NCBI GenBank assembly: GCA_965153285.1
Contig: OZ229115.1
Strand: one strand, 5' to 3'
DNA from: Podarcis tiliguerta
Lineage: Eukaryota
Length of the DNA stretch: 64,000 nucleotides
Below the pieces are notes generated by a model. The model did no database searches. It was not told the DNA's origin and worked only from the letters and a program-made list of their open reading frames with translations. This document shows positions 10,201-22,300 of this stretch, in pieces. The first letter of the stretch is position 1, and every line of letters starts with the position of its first letter. A program made the position numbers and the translations under genes.

Positions 10201-12954
10201 TTGGATACGTGATAATCTGAAAAGCCAAATAAACATTTTTTTAAAAAGAAAGATATTATGGTCAGGGTATTGGACCACAGAATCTAGAGACTGCACCATC
10301 ACTCAGTTATAAGGTTCACTTGGGCAACTTTGATCAGTCACTGTAACTTATTTCACAGAGTTACTGGGAGGGCAAAATGTTCCCACATACCTTAGAGCAG
10401 GCATGGCCAAACTCGGCCCTCCAAATGTTTTGGGACTACAACTCCCATCATCCCTAGCTAACAGGACCAGTGGTCAGGGATGATGGGAATCATAGTCCCA
10501 AAAACATCTGGGGAGACGAGTTTGGCCATGCCTATCTTAGAGGAAGGGTGGGATACAAAGGTAACTCATAACATAAATAATATGAAAGGTGGCTCTGTAC
10601 TGCAATGGGCATAACTTCCTCAGGGGGGAAAGTTAATATACTGTCCCTATGTGTTGGTACGTGACGATCATTCCAATACACATTTGCTTTTCACCTTTTC
10701 CGTTTCTGCAAATTGGCTTTCTTACCCACACTTAATTTTTCTGCCTCCAATACAACTAAAATGGAAGGAAAAGCAAGTGTAGGGTGGCATATACCATAAA
10801 ATTAACAAGGTTAATAAGCTCAGTGAGCTCACAAGCTCTTTCAACAGAGCCAATCTGGGAGCACAGAAATTATGATTTACTTGGCATGAAATCTTTGTAG
10901 CTCAACAACAACAAAAAGCAAGTTAAATCACATACTGAGGCCTGTTTAACTAGAGACTTGGTACAGTACCTTAGCACAATATGTTGTCCCAAACTCAACC
11001 CTAGGCTGCTATTTCCAGGCAATTCAAATTTATACTGGTAGGTGTCCTCTGTCAGCTGATCCACAGAGCTTATGATGAAAGCTGAAAACGTTTCTGGAGT
11101 TAGTTCTGAATTACTACACTGCAAAAGCAACAATAAATAATTACAAGGTTAAGCAATGCCACCCTCTTTTCTTTTCTTAAAAAAATGTGAGTGAATTCTG
11201 CCATGGTGAAACATGTTACTGCAAAACACACACACACACACACACACCCTGCCACACACACAAATTTTAAAGACTGAATACATCTGGTCTCAATAAAGTG
11301 TTAATTCAGTAAGTAATTATTTGTGAAGCCCCATTTTAATCTGCTTGCCTTTTTTACAATTATGACCATAACAATATGCTGATAATGATTTTGGAAGGTG
11401 AGAAACTAAAGGTATGTCCACACAGAAATAGTAATAGCACTCCCAAAAGATGATGGAAGGCCATCTAGGAGGTAATTTTCTGCCTATCTCAAGGAACTGG
11501 TGGGCATTCCTCCTTAGTTTGCAGTCTCTCTCAAAAGCAATTTCTTATTTTTCTCTAGACCTCCCACTAGGGCTGCCGTCTTTCTTCCTTTGCAAAACTC
11601 CAGCGCTTTTAACAGCTCCATGTCTGCAAGAATTACATGAGCGAAGCTTCTCACAGTACAAAGATCCAGTGAAGAGAATAGCTTATTCGGGCCTCCAGGC
11701 AATCTTTAGAAGCAAATTTTGCATTACCAATTTGTTCAAGACACGTTTTATCTTTTTCAGGGCACGTGAGCCATTCATTCTGTGGCCCCTGAATTTGATT
11801 GAAGTCTCAAGACTTCAGATTTGGAACAAGTAATAATAAAGAAAAGCACCTCTGAGCATGTGCCTCAGCCTTAGCCCTGGCACATCAAAATGGCTTCCAG
11901 GCCAATGGAAAGGGCTTCCAAGCAGGCTTGAACCCTAATATCTATCATTTCAAATAAAAAAAGCATTTCTCTTTGTTTCTTCATTTCCTTGTTCTCATTT
12001 TCCCAGCATGCATTTCACAACCCTATGCGTTTTTAGGCTGAAGTAGGACCCATTGCATTCAATGGGGCTTAGTCTCAATGGGATCGGCACCTCAGTTCCT
12101 ACCATCCTTTCTCAGGTAATACATCGTATTTTAAAGAGATTTGTGCTTGCCCTCAGTTGTTGGGTGCTTGAGGTGCGTTAACAGAATTGGAGAAAGCCCA
12201 ATGGGATAAAACTGAATTATGAGTAAATTGTGATGTTCATCAATATGAGAGATGCTAGAAAGGAATGTATTCTCCTGCATGAATTACTACATATTTTCTT
12301 GCATTTAAAATGTAATGATAATTAAGCTTACATATTTTACTGCTTTTTATAGGAGCAAAAATACTTGCAAGATTTATTGGGAAGACAATATGGTAGCAAA
12401 CTATAATTACAAATATTAAAAAGTGGGAAATTTGATGAGTGTTATAAAACACTTTTCCTAATAATTCTGCATTCAAGAGACTGGCAAGAGAGAAACACGT
12501 CAAAGACATAAACTTTTTGAAACATACTCATATTAAACTTCTAATTAGATATAAAAAGGACAAAATGCTGTTTTGGAAAGTAACTGCAAAGTAACCATGT
12601 CTTAACCATGTCTCCTCAGAAATAAGGCCTACTTAATTCAGTGGGGCTTACTCCCAGGTGTGTGGGGTTAGGATTGCAGCCTAAACAGATATACCTGAAC
12701 ATACAGTAGATCAATTTGAAATCAATGGGATCTATTTACAAGGGGGGAGGATATTAACATAATTTTAAGATTTCTACTTGCTGTTTCTTCCTTGTCAGGA
12801 GGCTTCTGTCTTTTTTTGCCTTGGCCTTTTCCCACTGCTCCAGCTCGTCCTGATACGTGTCATAGATACAAGGTTTGCAGCCACTACCACAGCACTGGGA
12901 TGGCAATGGCTCTTTGGGCTTGAGAGACAGCCAGTCATCTTCACTATCATCCAT
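4065..12954 (-). CDS. CYB5RL: NADH-cytochrome b5 reductase-like, complete spliced CDS (927 nt, 308 aa)
   Basis: Exons 12954-12778, 11118-10970, 9607-9520, 5954-5850, 4957-4754 and 4268-4065 are all GT-AG with consistent phase. The protein has the N-terminal CCGSGCKPC oxidoreductase-like motif, the FAD-binding RAYTP motif, the NAD-binding ASGTGLAP motif and a C-terminal CGS…F.F. Confidence 0.96.
4754..4957 (-). CDS. CYB5RL: CYB5RL coding exon 5 (YGELLMLASGTGLAP…VLSQ)
   Basis: Acceptor ttttcag, donor CAG|GTAATA; 204 nt. Confidence 0.95.
5850..5954 (-). CDS. CYB5RL: CYB5RL coding exon 4 (CYEDGLMSQY…YSANQ)
   Basis: aag acceptor, donor CAA|GTAAAG; 105 nt; contains GLMS and RGPFG motifs. Confidence 0.93.
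6589..6740 (+). mobile_element. SINE with tRNA-Lys(CTT)-derived head and CR1-derived 3' tail
   Basis: 6589-6661 (…ggctcagtcagtagagcatgagactcttaatctcagggtcaggggttcaatccccac…) resembles tRNA-Lys-CTT with A and B boxes. It is fused to ggggttggactagatgaccc…ttctatgattct, the same tail as the CR1 copies in this window. Confidence 0.85.
6845..7110. mobile_element. Penelope-like element relic (inverted arms), interrupted by a MITE
   Basis: Degenerate inverted arms at 6861-6909 and 6945-6987 (continuing after 7085), plus a gaaagcttatgcc motif similar to the element at 14828-15012. Confidence 0.6.
6988..7077. mobile_element. 90-bp MITE, copy 1
   Basis: TIRs catagctgccaac / gttgacagctacg, flanked by cttcaagg / cttcaagc. 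It is the reverse complement of 44240-44329. Confidence 0.85.
9520..9607 (-). CDS. CYB5RL: CYB5RL coding exon 3 (GLVNGLEVQRAYTP…LIK)
   Basis: Long pyrimidine tract plus cag acceptor, donor AAG|GTAAAT; 88 nt. Confidence 0.94.
10398..10534. mobile_element. hAT-type (URR1-like) MITE
   Basis: TIRs caggcatggccaaactc / gagtttggccatgccta, 8-bp TSD ccttagag/tcttagag, and an internal palindrome ggactacaactcccatcatccct…agggatgatgggaatcatagtcc. Degenerate relatives lie near 20450-20535, 22763-22872, 24930-25015, 48370-48483, 60645-60730 and 62395-62500. Confidence 0.85.
10970..11118 (-). CDS. CYB5RL: CYB5RL coding exon 2 (CSNSELTPETF…GQHIVLR)
   Basis: Acceptor ttttgcag, donor AG|GTACTG; 149 nt. Confidence 0.94.
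12778..12954 (-). CDS. CYB5RL: CYB5RL coding exon 1 (MDDSEDDW…RKKQQ)
   Basis: ATG at 12954, with an acceptor ttttctag 3 nt upstream that implies a non-coding first exon. Donor CAA|GTAGAA. Confidence 0.92.
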
Positions 12955-14194
12955 TATCTAGAAAATATAACACTCAGTTTCAAACTGCTGGATGGAGATG
13001 ATCTGTCCCTACCACAACCAACATGTATTTTAGCACATTATAGCTGAATTCCTTGCTTGGAAGCACTTCATTTTTTATTGATAATGTTAATATTACTTGT
13101 AAACCTCTTAAGAAATTTTGTTATGACCAAGTAGTAAATAAATCTTGTTAAATATAACACCTATATTTGTTTTTAAACTATTTTTGGAATATTGTTATTT
13201 TTAAGTTTTTGTATGTTGCTACAGTATTTATTTTGCTTCAGGATTTTTTAATGGGAAATGATATACACATGTAATCAACTGTAACCTTCTACAGCATCAT
13301 ACTTTGCTTTGGATTGATGGTGCAGGTCCTACCCCTCAGAAACAGGTTAAACAGGTCATTTTTCCTCCTTCCAACTCTCTACAGAAGCAAAGGCATCAAA
13401 GAGAATGTAAAATCTGTTGTCCCAACAGGGAAAATGTTGAGGCTGTGGATCCTGTCCCCAGTATGTTTTAGGAGCTAAACCTCTGTAAACCTGATCAGAA
13501 TTCAGTATGCCATCCTTTCGTATAATGTAGTTGTTTTAGGAAAAACCATCTTGCTGGACTCTTCTGAAGTTACATAATCAGGGGAGGCTAACAGTTTTAC
13601 ATGTACACCTTTACATTAAAAAATCCAATCTGGATGCATTCACAAACTAGCTAAGAGCCATATGGGGGTTGTGCCTACAGATGTCTATGCACCTTGCCTT
13701 ACATCAAAATGAGTACAGTAATGGCCACCAACTTTACAAACAGGTTTAGACAAACTCATGCAAGATAAGACTATCGATTGCCACTAATCATGATGGCTGT
13801 GTTCTACCTCCAGTATCATCGGCTGCATATTTCTAAATAGAACTTGCTGGGAAACATGAGCAAGGAGTATTGTGGCACTCGTGTCCTTTCCAAAGACATT
13901 TGGCTGGCCACCGTGAGAACAGGATGCTGACCTTCATTTCATCCAGTTCTTAAGATCAAAATGTACAGGCCAGGAGGTTTCTGGGAGTCGTATTAAGCAC
14001 CATTAACAATATATGCCAACTTCCCATATTTTCCAGGGACAGTCTTGATAAATTACATCCTTGATCAGTTACACTCCATATTAACATTATCAGCTTTTTA
14101 AACAAAAAGGCAGGAAATGGATAGAATCAATTAATATTTTCATTAGCACATATACACAAGGTAAGTCGTTCTTGAGATTTCTAGTCAGAATGTT

Positions 14195-14368
14195 AATGTG
14201 AGGAAGGGACAAGAGCTGTTTGCAAATGATCCCAAGTTCAGCCATTGGTATTTACAGGTAAGCTGAGAAAGTCCCTTGTTTGGAACACTGGAGAGATGCT
14301 CAGTGCAAAAAATATTGAGCTAGATGGACCAATGGCTCTGACTTGTAAGGCAGTTTTCTATGTCCCGT
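14195..14368 (+). mobile_element. Degenerate squamate SINE (Squam3-like tail)
   Basis: The gagctagatggaccaatggctctgacttgtaaggcagttttctatgtcc tail resembles squamate SINE/LINE 3' ends (recalled similarity, not searched). Confidence 0.5.
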
Positions 14369-14827
14369 TTTTCACTAAGCAATGCTGGGAGGGTTATTAT
14401 TTGACCAGTCCCATTAATGTTGCAAACATTGATGGCGGTGGCACATCAAGAAAAGGAAGTTGTGTGGTTCTGACTATAGCTTAAATTCGGGTCCATTCCT
14501 GTGTTGTGCTGCTGCCTCTGACCATGCTTGGTAGGTCAGAGGCAAAGCTACCTAAAGGTGTGTGGCGTGGGCTGGCCTTGTATAAGGTAATGTGACCAGG
14601 AAGGGAGAACCAGGTTCAAATCCCTGCTTATTCACAAAGCTCACTGGGTGATCTTGGCCCCATCACCCTCCCTGCCACCTACCTTACAGGGCTGTTGTGA
14701 GGAGACAGTGGCTGCCCTAGAAGAGGGATAGGGTATAAATGAAATAAATAATGAGAAAGATATGATGCCCTGTAGTGTACATGTCTGTAGGCCTGTCATT
14801 GCCTCTCAGCCTAATTTACCTTAGAGG

Positions 14828-15012
14828 TTCTAGTTACAGGTAGGTAGCCGTGTTGGTCTGCCGTAGTCAAAACAAAATAAAAAAAAATCCTTCCAGTAGC
14901 ACCTTAGAGACCAACTAAGTTTGTTATTGGTATGAGCTTTCGTGTGCATGCACACTTCTGAAGAACTTAGTTGGTCTCTAAGGTGCTACTGGAAGGACTT
15001 TTTAAAATTTTG
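14828..15012. mobile_element. Penelope-like element relic with perfect 34-bp inverted repeat
   Basis: 14888-14921 and 14964-14997 are exact reverse complements. The flanks ttaccttagagg (14816-14827) and ttacctagagg (15013-15023) look like a TSD inside an older SINE. Confidence 0.7.
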
Positions 15013-15379
15013 TTACCTAGAGGGCTGTTGTGGGGATTAAATGAGTAGAACTGTGTATGCCGCCTTGAGATACTTGGGGGGGGGGGGGATATAAACGCAA
15101 TAAATAATGACATGAGGGGCAGAAGAAACTAGTTGAATTATTTGGACTTTGGCTTGTGACCAAAATCATTGGCAGCCCATGAACAAGGAGCCTCTCTCTC
15201 TGCAGGCTCAGCGCCCCTCGATCTCCCCCATACGGAAGCTGCTCTACACCAAGCCGGGCCATGGGGGGCCACCAAGCTCAGCCCCTGATGCCACCCTCCA
15301 GAGCTTCCAGCAGCGATGCCCTACCTGGAAACGGGAAGGAGTGAAACCAAGACCTTTCGCATGCAAAACGTGAGAACTG

Positions 15380-16330
15380 CGGCGGGGACAGTCAAAGGTG
15401 CTTTAATCGCAGGTGGTAGTGGTGGTGGTTGTAGTTCTTATGGGGGTTAAACGAGGACGCGGGAGAACCATGCACACCGCCCGGAGCTGGGGGGCTCCAA
15501 GTGCAACTAGCGCCGTGCAATGGCAATGCCCCTCCGTTTGCGAAAGCGGCGTGTGCCCTGGAGAAAAGGGCAGGCTTAGTCGCCACGTTGCGAGGCGTGA
15601 CGCTGTTCTTCTGCCCTTGAGGGAACTGGAGGCGCTTACACCGGCTGCGTCATCGGCAGGGAGAGCCACCGCCGGTCCCCTCAACGGCGAACCCCCGACC
15701 CGCTTCCTTCCCACGCCGGGCCCAGACGAGCGCCGAGTTTGCGCGGTGGGGAAGCGGCCCGCTGTCCATCACAACATAGCCCCGCCCCTCTACCCGGCAT
15801 GCGCTTCGGAGGCGGAAAGAAAATGGCTGCCGCCGCCAGCGGGCGGTGAGGTGTCTGTGGGGGGACTCGGCGACGTGGAGTGGAGGCAGCGATGCTGGCC
15901 GTACGGCTGCCCGCCCAGCGGGCGCAGTGCTGGGCGCTCTGCGGGCAGCGCCGCGCCAAATTCACCTACGGGCCGAAGCGTCCTCGGGAGCCGCTGCCCC
16001 GCACCCCGTGGACGGTGCGCGGGCCGCCGCCGGGCGCGCCGTTGCCTTGGTACTTACGCAAAGTGCCTCCGGTGCGGGAGCAGTTTCCCGAGCTCGACGT
16101 GGTGACGTACGAGGGGAAGCTGTACCGCGTGCCTTGGCTGGCCAAGCCCCGTCACCCCAAGTGGGAGCGCGGGTGGCACGACCCCTGGCACGACCGCGGC
16201 CCCCGCCTGGAGGAGATGCCCAATTACAAGCAGCGGCCCTGCTACGTCTTCCACCAGCGGACTCGCGTGCTGGAAGGTGAGGGCTGCCTGCGGGCCCCGC
16301 GCTGACCGAGGCTGGTGGGCGGTGGGCAAG
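15380..16330. promoter_or_regulatory. CpG island / bidirectional promoter for CYB5RL (-) and MRPL37 (+)
   Basis: The only strongly CpG-dense, GC-rich block in the window. It has a GC box ccccgcccc (15780-15788), NRF1-like gcatgcgc (15797-15804), ETS-like cggaa (15813-15817) and YY1-like aaaatggctgcc (15820-15831). A minus-strand donor GTAAGC at 15639 may end the CYB5RL non-coding exon 1. Confidence 0.85.
15892..16276 (+). CDS. MRPL37: MRPL37 exon 1 ([10 protein letters not shown]…TRVLE)
   Basis: ATG in gcgATGc context, Arg-rich presequence-like N-terminus, donor AAG|GTGAGG. The start codon is less certain than the 3' end. Confidence 0.88.
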
Positions 16331-19300
16331 GAAGGCTCGCCAGCTTCGGGGTGTTTGGTGTCAGGATGGCTTGGGCTCTGAGGGAGTCCTCGAGTGCAGG
16401 CGATGCAGGGGGCGGTGAAAGGAAGGGACCGGCCAGAGGTTGGTGCCTGCGAAGTGACAAGCTGAGCTTGGGTTATGCAGATCAGGCATTCGAGGAGCAC
16501 TCAATTAATGGCATGGACACCCAGTCCTGCAGCCTAGAAAAGGCTCTCCGAGTAGACAGTCTCAGTTTAAAAAAAGGCATACAGCAACAGCACGTGAGGG
16601 GAAAGGGAGCTTATGTACAAGTTTTTAAAGGGGCTGTTCTTAATGGCACAGTTCTATAGCTCTGCCTTTATGGAGATTTTGGCTTCCTAGGTGACAAGCT
16701 GTCTCCTCGCTGATGTGGCACTGCTGGCTGTCTTGTTCTTGCTAAAGAGCAGGCCTTTCCCAGAAGCACTCCACATCGGAGCAGAGCAGGTGACAGTGGC
16801 CAGCCTAGGAGGCTAGCACAGTCACATGGTTCTTCTCTCAGGCAGCTGCCCCAATGTAAAATTATTTAATAAATTTGTTACTTGCTTTATCTTGTCCAGC
16901 ATCATAATCGTTATTTGCAAAGAAAAGCCCAGTATTTGGAAAGCATAAATACTGTTAAAGGTGGTAGTTATAAGAAGGCAGGAACTGCAAAGTAATGGAC
17001 ACAAACTTGTTGGGCCACATTGTGCCAACTTATCTATACTTGTCCAGGTTTTGTTAAGTAATTAACTGCAATGCATGCAGCATTTATAAGGTGGTCTTGG
17101 TTTTCTGCTCCATTTTGTCTCTAGAATAGCTCTGCTCCAAATCTTAAAAAGGATGGTGGAAAAGTCCTTGTTCTTGTGTAAGAGTGATTGAAGTGCAAGG
17201 TGCAGTACTAAAGATGCTCACTGGTAATATATTATTTTACTTGAAGGTGTAAAGCAAGCATTGTGGCTAACCAAGACAAAGCTGACACAAGGTTTACCTC
17301 CGCGAATACTTAGCATAATCAATGACCCAGCTAATCAATGTGAAAACCAGGATGAGAGAGTCCAGAATGCCATTTATCATGCACGCCTCTGGGGTAGCAG
17401 TGAGGAGGATGTACCTAGAGAAACCTATTGGTAAGTCTTTGGCTCAAGTTTCTTTTTTTGTTGTTCCATTGTTTGGGACCATTTCTGAAATTGTCATAAC
17501 AGCTTATATATTTTATTCTTTTAATAAGGCAGTTAGCAAACAGTGTGGTGACAAATACAGCAGAACTAATAGCCTGGATCAGTTATGCCTCCTTGCAGAG
17601 CAGTGATTCATGCAGAGATACAGGCAGTTAGTTTTCCATTCACCCTAAAAAGTCAACTTTTGGGGCTGTAAGAATCAAATGTGCTGTCCAGTTTTAATTC
17701 AGAAAAAGCATGCTTTCACTATCAAGTGTTTGGGGAACTGTCATGAGATGTTCCATGTAGACTGATTCTGTACTCTTGGCCTTTGTATGTGTTTAAATTA
17801 AAAATTAGGAAGTTTACTTTTTTATTACTGCACCTCAGATGTGTGTGAGGTGTTCTACAGAGTACAGAAGGACAGGTTTCTGCCCTATTTAGCTTACAGT
17901 CAAAAATCTGACGTGGGGAAGCAACAGAGGAAGGGGAGACAGGAATGGATGATGATTTTGGTTGCATGCAGTTGGGTTTGTTACAGTTAAGCATTGAGGG
18001 GGTTGTGCCAAAGGTTTCATAGAAAATCTGTGTATTAAGGAGGGATTTGAAGAATAATTACCTCTGCACCTTTGTTCTGAATGAGAACAGCTTATGGATA
18101 AGGTTGTGTATGTTCTTTGATTCTGTATAAGTGCAGAATTCACTTTAGAATCTTAACATGTATTTAAAATGAGTTTCTAGTGACTGGCTAAAAAAGATTG
18201 AGGAATGACTGCTAAAACATTCAGAACCTATAGGGCAGTAGTGTAGGTTATTAACCATACTTAAGGACATAAGAAGATCACACCCAAAATCCAACGTCCT
18301 GCTATTTACTCTGGCCAATCAGATGCCTCTGGGAAGCTCACAAACTCAGCATAAAGGGAATGCCACTCCCCCAGCAACTAGCTTTGGAGGTACATTGGCT
18401 ATGAATCAGGAGGTTTTCTTAAGCCAGTGGTTGGCTTAAGACTGAGTTTAGCCTCTCCATTTGCCCTGCAAGACTTTTAGCCAAGCTATGTCTACTTGTC
18501 CTATTGGTCAGTAAAGATGGGACTGTGCCAAAAAGGCTCTACTGATTTTCATCATTGGCAGCTCCTGCAAAGCCTGCGTGGCTCTTTTCAAGTTTCAACA
18601 AGCAGCTGATCTTAGGTGCTTGCAGAGACCCCTTTAAAGACCACTGGTTCTGTGCAAGCACATCTGATCACCAGTGCATGCAGAGAGCATGGTGGATCAT
18701 TGGGGCTTCAAAGTGCTGCCACTGCTCCTGCCTGTCAAATTTGGTGATTGGAGGAGTGGGGGAGATAGGGATCTAGCCTGCTTGCCTTGCCTTGCCAATA
18801 GCTGCTGATAGACCTAACCTAGCCTTCATTAATTTGGCTAGTGGTCTTCATGGCAATGGATTCCATAAATTGATTACACCTTGTAAGAAGAAATTACTGT
18901 TTTGAACCTACTGCTGATAAATATCTAATATCTAATAATAAAAATTAACTCTCTCCACCTGCGTTCGCACCTCCAGTCATCGCCCATGACTAGAAGTAGA
19001 ATAAATTATGCAAAAGGCGACTTGCCATAGAATTTGGGTTACCTTTTGCACAGAACTATTTTAATGTAGCTCTGCTTATGCCTTTGCACAATATTGTTTC
19101 CAGATGATTGCCGGTAACACTGATTGGCTTAATTATTGATTCCTGGCATTCTTAATAATGAATACCTGGTGTACTATCCTATGTATAATTAACTGTAACT
19201 ATAATTTGAAGTTGTGTTAAGGCATTTGGCTGAACACATGAATGGTCTTCCGTGTATTTGCGTGCATAGCACTCCCTCTAGTCCCTGACCATTAACGTGT

Positions 19301-22300
19301 TCAAGTACAGGGAATTTCCACTCACATGCAAGTGAGGGTGAGTAGGAGCCTGCTGCAGACCTTCCAGCTCAACGTTGGTGGTTGGGAACAGTGTTAGAAA
19401 CTCAGATACATAAGCTAGACACCAAATGACTCCTTAAACCAGCGTTCCGTTTGCCAAAATGGAATGTCTAGTTGCCATTTGTATTTTTCAATACAACTTT
19501 TTGGTTTCTGAAATTCATTCTGATTGTGCAGATAAAATATAATGGGTAGAATTCTACAGGATATGTTGCTAGTGTGTGGAAACAGTCCAGATCCGAGGAT
19601 CCCCAGGCATCCACCGCTTGATGAGGGCGATGTCTGGGCACCAGGATGGTACCTGACATCTTCACTTAGTCACAAGTGGCCAATAGTCAGGTGCAAAATA
19701 CACATAGCGAATTCTGAACACTGGTTGGAAACATAGTGTGAAGTGTAACACACATTTGAGCCTGAACATGCATGCTTTTAGCCAATTGCAAATGTTATAA
19801 TACTTACAAATTAATGTCCAGTTATTTTTTTTTTGTTCTGAAGCCCTGTACTTTTAGAAGACTTGCTTCACTTATGCAGGACGATGACAGCCAAATTCCC
19901 CTTATTGGGTAAAAGAATGTTTGCTCAAGACTACAGAGTGGCAGCTGCATGGGAACGAGGTATGTCTCTTTATCCAAGTAGAATTGTCTAAAAGAACACC
20001 TCTCCCTGTACTGTCCACCATATTGCCTTCTCAGCTGGAGAAGCCCTGTGGAGGGTGGTGGGACAGGGCAGTGGTGGCTCCTCCTTGGGGAAATATGGTC
20101 AGCCCTCACCATTAAGAAATAAAGGCATATGATCTGTTTGCTCTGAAGCTTATGGAATTTTATTGGTGATTTTTATTTATTTATTATTTGGATTCTGTTT
20201 GTAGTTTTTATATATCCATCTTTTTTTGTAAGCCATCTTGGGATCCAGATTGGAGGAAATGTGTGGGATTCTAACAAACAAGTCAAAATAAGTATTTTGT
20301 TTATAAGGAAGGTTCTGTAGAAAGATTATAAGGTCCACAGCTTAGCATCAGAAAGAGTGCCCTTGAGGTAAAATCACAAGAGCCTTTTTCTGTATGTTAA
20401 CAAAAAGGGAATAAGTAGAAGGATAGAGAAAATCCCATAGAGTTAATTCCCATCATCCCCCACCATTGGCCAGTCTGGTTGGGAACTGATGGGAGTCCTG
20501 ACAACATCTGGCAGGTCACAAGTTTCCTACCCCTACTATAGAGCCAGTGTTGTACAAGTAACATTATTTGTTAGAGCTGTGCTGCTGTAACAAAACGGCT
20601 TTTATAGCTCTCCTGAAATTAGAGGGGACTGTTCTTTACTGTAAACTTGAAAAATGTGCACATTTGATATAAATGCTGAATCTTTAACAGGACATTTCTG
20701 TAAAATACGTATTGGTAGTTTATGTTCTCAAAGTATTTGGGACTTGTGTTCCTGAAAATAATAGAGCTTGATAGAAAAATATGATCTTAATTTTGGCCAT
20801 GAACCAATTGATTTCCTTAGCTTGATCTGCTGACCATCTACCCAGTCCCTGTAGTAACTGATTCCACTTGCTCTCAGTCTTGGAGGGCAGAAACCCTTTA
20901 TAGAAAATATACCATGTTTCATTGACATCCACGCTAGCCTAGGTTCCCTTCCTAGCCAAGGGGGTGCCATTACATTTCCTGGACCTGATGGTTCTAAGAA
21001 TACAACAGTAAGCTCCCCTAAATAAGTATATGGGAAGTATCCACAATCACTCAATGATGACTTGTAGATTTCGCTATGCATATTCATGGGAAGTGGTGAA
21101 GGTCTTCTTTTGCTCAACATGGGAGGAAGCATGAATAGGAGAGTGCTAGTACCTGCTGTCCAAACAGAAAAGGCGATTGCCCCCTGTGCTAGTGGATTAC
21201 AAGAGCATTTTCGGAATGGTGTTTATATGGGTCAGCTGATAGCTTCAGCATAGTTCTAGTGAGGAAGGATCTATTTACAGTCCACTGTTTCCTTTACAGA
21301 ATCTGTTCTACTTCAGGTTCGTGGTCCCCACGGGAAGATTTTGAATGCAACGAACCTTCTACGGCCTATAGCCTCCAAAGATGAGATATTAGCCACTGAA
21401 AACCACACTTTAGAAACCTTCTACCCTGTTTTGCCTACAATTGACCTTCAAGAAGTTCGTGCATATGACATAAAAAATGATACAGGTGAATTTCCTAGAG
21501 CTTGGAGGATTAAGAAAAAAAATCATTTTCACAGAAGTTAATTTGTTATGGATGAGATTGTATCAGATGGCATATGTGAGAATAGGGGGTTGAAGTCAAT
21601 ACACTAACATGTCAGGTTTCTTAATTGCACTTTAGAAATTGTCTTCTTCTTGAGCAATGAGTTGTGAAATAGTTCTAACTATCACCTGATTTGTGCTTTA
21701 GGTTTCCAAGAAGGGTACCCATATCCTTATCCTCACACTCTGTACATTGCTGAGTATGACAGCATACGTAAAATGAGGCCACCACAGCTTCAGGCAAAAA
21801 TGATAATGTTTGCTTTTGGGAATGCTCTGGCCAAAGCAAAGGAGCTATATGGGGTGAGTATTTTTGTAGAAAAACTATGGCATATGCTGTCCAAATTAGG
21901 AGATGGCAGTTAGTTGCTTCTATTTGTCCAATCGTTCCATTAATGGTCACCACGCTAGCTGCTGTTCCTAACTTAGAGGCAAAAGTTTTCTGAAGCTCCT
22001 CTTTCTGTGCTTTGCTCTCCAACCTTCCATGGGCACATCCACATGGAAGCTTGGTGTATTTCTGAGTTGGTGTTTTGGCAGTGCTAGGACACTGTGGTAT
22101 TGTGATCCATAAGTTGCATTAAAAAACCCCCTAAAAAGCTGGCACTTTCCATTTCTGCTGTGCACAGGGAGTGTGGGATTGTTGGGGACTGACTATGATG
22201 TAGGAAAACAAATTCTTGTTGCTAAATTGTATGGTCCTTGTCATCCAGTAGTCTAGCTGAAAAGCCTTGGTTGAATTCTAGGTCAGTTGTGGGCGTCATG

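Noticed and set aside
15392-16659. Many long overlapping ORFs (up to 230 aa) in the CpG island
   Set aside because: Stop codons are scarce in GC-rich DNA; only the MRPL37 frame has recognisable protein content.
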